A stretch of 64,000 nucleotides of DNA from assembly GCF_044704955.1 (NCBI RefSeq), contig NC_091997.1, forward strand, positions 34,658,001 through 34,722,000. The letters are read 5' to 3'. Of this stretch, positions 11,040-20,923 are shown in pieces. The DNA is from Pristiophorus japonicus. Its lineage: Eukaryota. The translations under genes and the position numbers were made by a program. The notes beneath the pieces are model-generated. The model was not told where the DNA came from. It was given only the letters and a program-made list of their open reading frames with translations, and ran no database searches. Within the stretch, counting starts at the first letter, position 1. Each line of letters begins with the position of its first letter.

Positions 11040-14000
11040 TCTGCCAAAGGGTACACAGCCAGATAGTAAATGGGTGACCAACAGGAAGAGCAGTGGAAGG
11101 AAGGTAGTGCAGGGGTCCCCTGCGGTCATCCCCCTGCAAAACAGATACACCGCTTTGGGTACTGTTGAGGGGGATGACTCATCAGGGGAGGGCAGCAGCA
11201 GCCAAGTTCATGGCACCTTGGGTGGCTCTGCTGCACAGGAGGGCAGGAAAAAGAGTGGGAGATCTATAGTGATAGGGGATTCAATGGTAAGGGGAATAGA
11301 TAGGCGTTTCTGCGGCTGCAACCGAGACTCCAGGATGGTATGTTGCCTCCCTGGTGCAAGGGTCAAGGATGTCTCGGAGCGGGTGCAGGACATTCTGAAA
11401 AGGGAGGGTGAACAGTCAGTTGTCATGGTGCACATAGGTACCAACGATATAGGTAAAAAACGGGATGAGGACCTACGAGACTAATTTAGGGAGCTAGGAG
11501 CTAAATTAAAAAGTAGGACCTCAAAAGTAGTAATCTCAGGATTGCTACCAGTGCCACGTGCTAGTTAGAATAGGAATCGCAGGATAGCTCAGATGAATAC
11601 GTGGCTTGAGGAGTGGTGCAAAAGGGAGGGATTCAAATTCCTGGGACATTGGAAACGGTTCTGGGGGAGGTGGGACCAGTACAAACCGGACGGTCTGCAC
11701 CTGGGCAGGACCAGAACCAATATCCTAGGGGGAGTGTTTGCTTGTGCTGTTGGGGAGGAGTTAAACTAACATGGCAGGGGGATGGGAACCTATGCAGGGA
11801 GACAGAGGGAAATAAAATAGAGGCAGAAGCAAAAGACAGAAAGGAGATGAGTAAAAGTGGAGGGCAGAGAAACCCAAGGCAAAAAACAAAAAGGGCCACA
11901 TTACAGCAAAATTCTAAAGGGGCAAAGTGTGTTAAAAAGACAAGTCTGAAGGCTCTGTGCCTCAATGCGAGGAGTATTCGGAGTAAGGTAGACGAATTAA
12001 CTGCGCAGACAGCAGTTAACGGATATAATGTAATTGGCATCACGGAGACATGGCTCCAGGGTGACCAAGGCTGGGAACTCAACATCCAGGGGTATTCAAC
12101 ATTTAGGAAGGATAGGCAGAGAGGAAAACGAGGCGGGGTGGCGTTGCTGGTTAAAGAGGAAATTAATGCAATGGTAAGGAGGGACATTATCCTGGATGAT
12201 GTGGAATCGGTATAGGTGGAGCTGCGGAATACCAAAGGGCAGAAAACGCTAGTGGGAGTTGTGTACAGACCACCAAACAGTAGTAGTGAGGTTGGGGACA
12301 GCATCAAACAAGAAATAAGGGATGCGTGCAATAAAGGTACAGCAGTTATCATGAGCGACTTTAATCGACATATTGATTGGGCTAACCAAACTGGTAATAA
12401 TGCAATGGAGGAGGATTTCCTGGAGTGTACTAGGGATGGTTTTCTCGACCAATATGTCGAGGAACCAACTATAGAGCTGGCCATCCTAGACTGGGTGATG
12501 TGTAATGAGAAGGGACTAATTAGCAATCTTGTTGTGCGAGGCCCCTTGGGGAAGAGTGACTATAATATGGTAGAATTCTTTATTAAGATGGGGAGTGACA
12601 CAGTTAATTCGGAAACTAGGGTTCTGAACTTAAGGAAAGGTAACTTCGACGGTATGAGGCGTGAATTGGCTAGAATAGACTGGCAAAGGATACTTAAAGG
12701 GTTGACGGTGGATAAGCAATGGCAAACATTTAAAGATCACATGGATGAACTTCAGCAATTGTACATCCCTGCCTGGAGTAAAAATAAAATGGGGAAGGTG
12801 GCTCAACCGTGGCTAACAAGAGAAATTAAGGATAGTGTTAAAACCAAGGAAGAGGGATATTAATTGGCTAGAAAAAGTAACAAACCTGAGGACTGGGAGA
12901 AATTTAGAATTCAGCAGATGAGGACTAAGGGTTTAATTAAGAGGGGGAAAATAGAGTACGAGAGGAAGCTTGCAGGGAACATAAAAACTGACTGCAAAAG
13001 CTTCTATAAATATATGAAGAGAAAAAGATTAGTGAAGACAAATGTAGGTCCTTTGCAGTCGGATTCAGGTGAATTTATAATGGGGAACAAAGAAATGGCA
13101 GACCAATTGAACAAATAATTTGGTTCTGTCTTCACGAAGGAAGACACGAATAACCTTCCGAATGTACTTAGGGACAGTAGTTCCAGTGAGAAGGAGGAAC
13201 TGAGGGATATCCTTATTAGGATGGAAATTGTGTTAGGGAAATTGATGAGATTGAAGGCTGATAAATCCCCGGGGCCTGATAGTCTGCATCCCAGAGTACT
13301 TAAGGAAGTGGCCCTAGAAATAGTGGATGCATTGGTGATCATTTTCCAACAGTCGATCGACTCTGGATCAGTTCCTATGGACTGGAGGGTAGTTAATGTA
13401 ACACCACTTTTTAACAAAGGAGGGAGAGAGAAAATGGGTAATTATAGACCGGTTAGCCTGACATCAGTAGTGGGGAAAATGTTGGAATCAATCATTAAGG
13501 ATGAAATAGCAGTGCATTTGGAAAGCAGTGACAGGATCGGACCAAGTCAGCATGGATTTATGAAAGAGAAATCATGCTTGACAAATCTTCTGGAATTTTT
13601 TGAGGATGTAACTAGCAGAGTGGCCAAGGGAGAACCAGTGGATGTGGTGTATTTGGACTTTCAAAAGGCTTTTGACAAGGTCCCGCACAAGAGATTGTTG
13701 TGCAAAGTCAAAGCGCATGGTATTGGGGTAATGTACTGACGTGGATAGAGAACTGGTTGGCAGACAGGAAGCAGAGAGTCGGGATAAACGGGTCCTTTTC
13801 AGAATGGCAGGCAGTGACTAGTGGAGTGCCGCAGGGCTCAGTGCTGGGACCCCACTCTTTACAATATACATTAACGATTTGGATGAAGGAATTGAGTGTA
13901 ATATCTCCAAGTTTGCAGATGACACTAAACTGGGTGGCGGTGTGAGCGGTGAGGGGGACGCTAAGAGGCTGCAGGGTGACTTGGACAGGTTAGGTGAGTG

Positions 14001-14840
14001 GGCAAATGTATGGCAGATGCAGTATAATGTGGATAAATGTGAGGTTATCCATTTTGGGGGCAAAAACACGAAGGCAGAATATTATCTGAATGGCGGCAGA
14101 TTAGGAAAAGGGGAGGTGCAACGAGACCTGGGTGTCATGGTTCATCAGTCATTGATGGTTGGCATGCAGGTACAACAGGCAGTGAAGAAGGCAAATGGTA
14201 TGTTGGCCTTCATAACTAGGGGATTTGAGTATAGGAGCAGAGAGGTCTTACTACAGTTGTACAGGGCCTTAGTAAGGCCTCACCTGGAATATTATGTTCA
14301 GTTTTGGTCTCCTAATCTGAGGAAGGACGTTCTTGCTATTGAGGGAGTGTAGCGAAGGTTCACCAGACTAATTCCAGGGAAGGCTGGACTGTCATATGAG
14401 GAGAGACTGGATCAACTGGTCCTTTATTCACTGGAGTTTAGAAGGACGAGAGGGGATCTCATAGAAACGTATGAGATTCTGACGGGACTGGACAGGCTAG
14501 ATGCGGGAAGAATGTTCCCGATATTGGGGAGGTCCAGAACCAGGGGACATAGTCTAGGATAAGGGGTAGGCCATTTCGGAATGAGATGAGGAGAAACTTA
14601 TTCACTCAGAAAGTTGTTAACCTATGGAATTCCCTACCGCAGAGAGTTGTTGATGCCAGTTCATTGAATATATTCAAGAGGGAGTTAGATATGGCCCTTA
14701 CGGCTAAGGGGATCAAGGGGTATGGAGAGAAAGCAGGAAAGGGCTACTGAGGGAATGATCAGCCATGATCTTATTGAATGGCGGTGCAGGCTCAAAGGGC
14801 CGAATGGCCTACTCCTACACCTATTTTCTATGTTTCTATG
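11040..14840 (+). mobile_element. CR1-clade LINE, 5'-truncated, several stops and frameshifts
   Basis: ORF1 SGNH esterase motifs (VIGDS, HIGTND); ORF2 endonuclease (LNARS, ITETW, YRPP) and RT (YLDFQKAFDKV, KFADD); (TTTCTATG)n tail. Confidence 0.93.
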
Positions 14841-15442
14841 TTCGCTTTCCTGTTCAGTGAAATGTTCCTGCAGAAGATCTCGAAAGAGCCCACCTGCGCC
14901 TCGAAACAGCACTTGTGTCCTGGGGCAGGTGCTCCCCTATGATTCACCCTGATTGGTGCTGGGGTCAGAGTCAGAAGGTTGTGGGGTCAAGTCCCACTCC
15001 AGGGACTTGAGCACAAAAATCTAGGCTGACACTCCAGTGCAGTGCAGGTTGAACCTCTCAAATCCGGCACTCTTTGGTCCGGCACCCTCCCTGGTCCGAC
15101 ATCATTCCCGGCGAGGGGTCACAACCCGTGCTGTGTCATGTGTTCATCAAGTTGAGTCATTTTTAAGAGTATGTAGAGTATAGAGTAAGAAAGCCGACAG
15201 GGAAAGGGCGATTGCTGTCTTTACACACAGATCCCTATACGCGATAAAGCACTTGGGTGCCCACAAAAGTCGATTCCTCCAAACGATGCAGACATCAACC
15301 AAAGCAAAACAGGCTGAAAGCTGCCACAGATCTGGGGCACAAACGCCGGTGAGCGGGCAGGGTGGGCGGCCCTCGGGCCCAGTGACATCGTTGTTGCCCA
15401 CCCGTCGACAACACCCCCTGCCCCCAGCTGCCGCTCGCTCAC

Positions 15443-15514
15443 CTTTTTGATGTTGAACTTGGAGGCCGGATGGAAATCCTTTCTATACATGAAATTGGCG
15501 AATGATTTTCCCAT
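15443..15514 (-). pseudogene. CIR1: Captured CIR1 (corepressor interacting with RBPJ) coding exon 1
   Basis: [24 protein letters not shown] versus vertebrate CIR1 N-terminus [24 protein letters not shown] (recalled); similarity ends at the donor AAG/GTGAGC. Confidence 0.88.
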
Positions 15515-15663
15515 GTCGACGGGAACTGCATCACAGCCGTCACGCCTGACAATGGGATTGGGATCAGGACGTAGCGAGGCACTACAGAGCGGGCAGGAGC
15601 ATTGCCGGGTCAGAGAGGAGGTGAGGGGATCTTAGTGTTTATTTAAACCGGGTACTGCTGACC

Positions 15664-15705
15664 ACGCTGCTGACAACGACCCGGGCAGGTCGTTGTCAGC
15701 AGCGT
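15664..15705. repeat. Perfect 18-bp inverted repeat with 6-nt loop
   Basis: acgctgctgacaacgacc-cgggca-ggtcgttgtcagcagcgt. Confidence 0.97.
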
Positions 15706-15708
15706 TGC

Positions 15709-16608
15709 CAGACCTCTGTGATGGAATCAGCTACCTCCAGTACCAAAACTCAGAAAACAAATGCTGATATACGGCGCCCGGAGAAGCCACCATATTCTAC
15801 AAAGCCCGGATTGTGATGGCTATCCAGAGCTCTCCCACCAAGCGGCTGACTCTCAGCCAGATCTACCAGTTCCTCCAGAGCCGCATCCTCTTTTTCCGAG
15901 ACTCCTGCCAAGGCTGGAAGAACTCCGTGCGTCACAACCTCTCCTTGAACGAGTGCTTCACCAAACTGCCCAAGGGCCTGGGCAGACCTGGCAACGGCCA
16001 TTACTGGACCATTGACCCGGCCAGCGAGTTCATGTTTGAGGAGGGCTCCTTCAGGCACAGACCAAGGGACTTTTGCAGGAAATGCCAAGCCCTTAAGCCC
16101 ATGTACAGCATGATGAACGGATTGGGGTTCAACCACATCGCAGGGACCTAGAACTTTCAAGGTTCAAGAGGGCCCATCTCCTGCTCCCCCAATGACCTTT
16201 CATTAGATAGCATCAGCATGATGAATTGACATTTGCCCAACAACGCTAACAAATGGGTTTACCAGGACATTCTGTCTCTCACCTCTCACCTCTCGGCCAA
16301 CAATGGTAACTATATGGGAAGCCGTGCAGGATCTTTGGTCGAAGACCAACCCAACCACACAGACAGCTCATTGCCCGCGTCTCCCTCGGTGACCAGTGGT
16401 GGGGTGATGGAACCTCACTCTATGTACACAACCTCGGCTTCAGCATGGGCTCCTTCAGCCTCCACGCTCAATAATGGGGCTTCTTACATCAAACAGCAGC
16501 CCCTCTCCCCGTGCAACCCATCGGCGAATCTCATGTCCAACCCACAAGCACACTCCCTAGATCAGTCCTATTTACATCAAAATAGCTATAACACGGCCGA
16601 TATACAAG
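15709..16608 (+). pseudogene. FOXF1: Captured FoxF1 exon 1 (forkhead domain), 5'-clipped and disabled
   Basis: [30 protein letters not shown], 1-bp deletion near 15798, then [15 protein letters not shown]...[15 protein letters not shown]...[12 protein letters not shown]; TAG at 16149; [14 protein letters not shown]...NTADIQG/gtacgg donor; no exon 2. Confidence 0.92.
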
Positions 16609-16790
16609 GTACGGAGCCCATGGTACTAGTTACAGATTAGCAAAAATAGCTTTTGTAAGAAGCAATTCTAAAACTTTACTGACAGTGGGGTTTTAAGCCT
16701 TGGGTCGACGTGACCTCCCGTGGTCCGGAAAATTCTCTGGTCCGGCACAGGCCAGGTCCCAAGGGTGCTGGATTAGAGAGGTTCAATCTG

Positions 16791-17030
16791 TACTGAGGGA
16801 GCGCTGCACTGTCGAAGGGACAGTACTGACGGAGTGCTGCACTGTCGGAGGGACAGTACTGATGGAGTGCTGCACTGTCAGAGGGGCACTACTGAGGAGT
16901 GCTGCATTGTTGGCGAGGCACTACTGAGGGAGTGCTGCACTGTCGGAGGGACAGTATTGTCGGAGGGGCACTACTGAGGAATGCTGCATTGTCGGAGGGA
17001 CAGTACTGATGGAGTGCTGCACTGTTGGAG
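16791..17030 (+). repeat. About 33-bp tandem amplification (about 7 units) of a SINE segment
   Basis: Unit tactgagggagtgctgcactgtcggagggacag repeated from the transposon's right junction. Confidence 0.85.
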
Positions 17031-17717
17031 ATGCCTTTTTTCAGATGCGACGTTAAGCCGAGGCCCGGTCTGCCCTCTCACGTGAACGTAAAAGATCCCA
17101 TAGCACTATTTCAAAGAAAAGCAGGGGAGTTATCCCCAGTGTCCTGGCCAATATTTATCCCTCAATCAACATAACAAAAATACAGATTATATGGTCATTA
17201 TTACATTGTTGTTTGTGGGAGCTTGCTTGTTTGCAAATTGGCTGCCGCATTTCCTACATTACAACAGTGACTACACTCCAAAAGTACTTAATTGTAAAAC
17301 GCTTTGAGACGTCTGGTGATCGTGAAAGGAGCCATATAAATCCAAGTCATTCTTTCTCGGGCAGGTAGGAGCGAGTCCCTCTCACAGCACTTCTGAGAAT
17401 TCTGTGACTGTGGGAGAAAGATGAAATGCAAAACTACTATTTAAACAAATACTGAATGTGCATGGGTAGGGGTTGGGAGGGGGGGGAGCAGATAGAAGAT
17501 AAACTAAGATTAAAAATGTCATTGGGACTGAGGATGGATTATATCTGAAATGTAAAGCTGTTTTTATTCTTTTAGATCTGACTCATCTGCTTTGTATTTT
17601 CAGCATTTCATATTGTTATTTGGTATACCGTGAACAAGGCCACTAATTTTTTTTATTAGTGGGATTTTTTTATTGCTGTTGGAACATGGATTCTACAATT
17701 CTGTTTGTTTATACTTA

Positions 17718-18512
17718 GAATCATAGAATCATGGACTGATACAGAATTACAGAAATTTACAGCACAGAAGGAGGCCATGTTGGCCCATCGTGTCTGCGCC
17801 GGCCGACCAAGAGCTATCCAGCCTAATCCCACTTTCCAGCTCTTGCTCCGTAGCCCTGCAGGTTACGGCACTTCAAGTGCACATCCAAGTATTTCTTAAA
17901 TGTGATGAGGGTTTCTGCCTCTACCACCCTTTCAGGCAGTGAGTTCCAGACTCCTGGGCGAATAAAGTTGCCCTCATATCTCCTCTAAACCCCCCCCTCA
18001 ATGACTTTAAATCTATGGCCCCTGGTTGTTGACCCTCCTGCCAAGAGAAACAGGTCCTTCCTATCCACTCTATCCAGGCCCTTCATAATTTTATACAGCT
18101 CAATCGGGTCTCCCCTCAGCCTCCTCTCTACAGCATAGAAGGAGGCCATTCCGCCCATCGTGCCTGTGCCAGCTCTTTGAAAGAGCGATGCAATTAGTCC
18201 CACTCCCCACTCTTTCCCCAGAGTCCTGCAAATTTTTACCCTTCAAGTATTTATCCAATTCCTCATTTGAAAGTTACTATTGAATCTGCTCCACCGCCCT
18301 TTTGGGCAGCGCGTTCCAAATCACAACAACTCGCTGCGTATAAAAATGTTTCCCCATGACACCTCTGGTTCTTTTGCCAAGTATCTTAAATCTGTGTCCT
18401 CTGGTTATCGATCCTTCTACCATTGGAAACAGTTTCTCCTTATTTACTCTATCAAAACACTTCATGATTTTCAACAGCTCTATCAAGTCTCCTCTTAATC
18501 TTGTCTGCTCCA
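17718..18512 (-). mobile_element. Two adjacent CR1 3' fragments
   Basis: Minus-strand RLRGDLIE...TRGHRFK...IWNALP; tagaatca tails. Confidence 0.75.
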
Positions 18513-18519
18513 AGGATCT

Positions 18520-20625
18520 AGTCTGGCTAAACCGGAATCAAAGATTGACGGCGAAACTGTAATGGGCTGCCTTTAAAGAGGAAATAGTTTGGGTACAGTC
18601 GAGGTACCACTAGGGGGAAAGGTAAGGCAACTAAAGTCAGAGCTCCCTGGATGACAAAAGCAGAAAAAGAGTGCCTGCAATTCTCCAGTCCTCTGGCACC
18701 ACCCCCATATCTAAGGCGCATTGGAAGATTATGGCCGGTACCTCCGCGATTTCTTCCTTCACTTCCCTCAGCGTCCTAGGATGCAGCCTACCCAGTTCTG
18801 GTGACTTATCTGCTTTAATTACAGCCAGCCTTTCTAGTACCTCGTCTTTATCAATTCTTATCCTGACAGATGTCAGGTCGAGAATAAATCTGAGAATCAG
18901 GCTAAATATAGAAAGTTCAGAGCAGAAGTGAAACAGAAAATAAGAGGGGCAAAGAGAGGGTATGATAATAGAATGGCAGCCAACATAAAATATAATCCAA
19001 AAGTCTTCTATAGGCATATAAATAGTAAACGGGTAGTAAGAGGGTGGGGTGGGGCCAATTAGGGACCAAAAAGGAGACATACACATTGAGGCAGAGGGCA
19101 TGGCTGAGGTACTAAATGAGTACTTTGCATCTGTCTTCACCAAGGAAGAAGATGCTGCCATAGACATAAATAAAGGAGATAGTGGAGATACTGGATGGGG
19201 TAAGAATTGATAAAGACGAGGTACTAGAAAGGCTGGCTGTACTTAAAGTAGATAAGTCACCAGGACCGGGTGGGTTGCACCCTAGGAGGCTGAGGGAAGG
19301 GAAGGAAGAAATCGCGGAGGAACTGGCCATAATCTTCCAATCCTCCTTAGATACGGGGGTGGTGCCAGAGGACTGGAGAATTGCAAATGTTACACCCTTG
19401 TTCAAAAAAGGCTGTAAAGATAAACCCAGCAACTACAGTTTAACCTCGGTAGTGGGGAAGCTTTTAGAAACAATAATCAGGGACAAAATTAACAGCCACT
19501 TGGGCAAGTGTGGATTAATTAAGGAAAGCTAGCACGGATTTGTTAAAAGTAAATCGTATTTAACCAACTTGATTGACTTTTTTGATGAGGTAGCAGAGGG
19601 TTGATGAGGGCAATGCGGTTGATGTGATGTACTTGGATTTCCAAAAGGCGTTCGATAAAATGTCACATAATAGGCTTGCCAGCAAAGTTGAAGCCCATGA
19701 AATAAAAGGGACAGTGGCAGCATGGATAAGAAATTGGCTGAATGACATTAACCAGAGACCAGAGAGTACTGGTGAACTGGAGGAAGGTATACAGTGGTAT
19801 TCCCCAGGGGTCGGTACTGCTTTTCTTGATATATATTAATAATTTGTATGTGGGTGTACAGGGCACAACTTCAAAATTTGCAGATGACACAAAACTTGGA
19901 AGTATAGTGAACATTGAGGTGGATAGTGATAGACTTCAAGAGGACATAGGCTGGTAGAATGGGCGGACACGTGACAGATGACATTTAACACAGAAAAGTG
20001 TGAAGTGATACATTTTGGTAGAAAGAATGAAGAGAGGCAATATAGACTAAAAGGGTACAATCCTAAAGGAAGTGCATGAACAGAGAGACCTGGGGGTATA
20101 TGTGCACAAATCGTTGAAGGGGACAGGGCAGGTTGAGAAAGCGGTTAAAAAAAGCATACGGGATCCTGGGCTTCATAAATAGAGGCACAGAGTACAAAAG
20201 CAAGGAAGTTATGATAAAACTGTATAAAACACTGGTTCGGCCTCAACTGGAGTATTGTGTCCAATTCTGGGCACCGCACTTTAGGAAGGATGTGAAGGCC
20301 TTAGAGACGGTGCAGAAAAGATTTACTAGAATGGTTCCAGGGATGGGGGACTTCAATTATGTGGATAGACTGGAGAAGCTGGGGTTGTTCTCCTTGGAGC
20401 AGAGAAGATTGAGAGGAGATATGATAGAAATGTTCAAAATCATGAGTCTGGACAGAGTAGGTAGAGAGAACGAGAACCAGAGGACACAGATGTAAGGCGA
20501 CTGGCAGAAGAACCAAAGGCGACACGAGGAAAAACTTGTTTACACAGCGAGTGGTTAGGATCTGGAATGCGCTGCCTGAAAGAGTGGAGGTGGCTTTCAA
20601 AAGGGAATTGGATAAGTACCTGATT
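18520..20625 (+). mobile_element. Degenerate CR1 ORF2 fragment with an internal inverted duplicate (18676-18861)
   Basis: KVDKSPGPG, PEDWRIANVTPLFKKG, YLDFQKAFDK, KFADD, RPQLEYCVQFW. Confidence 0.85.
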
Positions 20626-20923
20626 TGGTCATAATACTCCAGCTGAAACCGAACCAGTGATTTATAAAGGTTTAACATAACTGATGCCCATTGTTTTCTC
20701 AAATCCTGTTTTATTGGACGGAATAATGAAATCCTCCCCCCCCCCCCGGTGGTCAAATCCCAAACCTGCATATCCGGCGAAAATGAGTCTGGGATGGATT
20801 TCCGGACTGACTGGCTCACTGCACTTAGAAACATAGAAACATAGAAAATAGGTGCAGGAGCAGGCCATTCAGCCCTTCTAGCCTGCACCGCCATTCAATG
20901 AGTTCATGGCTGAACATGAAACT

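Larger units (their letters stand above)
15045..16790. mobile_element. Non-autonomous pogo/Tigger-like TIR element carrying captured host gene fragments (Pack-TIR)
   Basis: 28-bp TIRs match 24/28 (caggttgaacctctcaaatccggcactc vs rc cagattgaacctctctaatccagcaccc); TG/TA flanks at an ancestral TA; no transposase; cargo is CIR1 and FoxF pieces. Confidence 0.88.
14965..17357 (+). mobile_element. DeuSINE split by a DNA transposon at its cagTActg site
   Basis: 5' part ends actccagtgcagtg at 15044 and resumes tactgagggag at 16791; intact copies elsewhere read gtgcagtactgaggg. Confidence 0.85.

Noticed and set aside
11633-12526. Long antisense ORFs opposite LINE ORF2 (also 22911-23612)
   Set aside because: Shadow frames of CR1 coding sequence with no independent motifs
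15443-15514. CIR1 fragment as an ancient genome-duplication relic (human CIR1 lies near SP3/SP9)
   Set aside because: It sits inside TIRs that interrupt a SINE and is too well preserved for an ancient dead paralog; proximity to an Sp gene looks coincidental
15721-16640. Functional FoxF gene or processed retrocopy
   Set aside because: Frameshift and stops, clipped N-terminus, no exon 2; ends at a splice donor rather than a polyA tail
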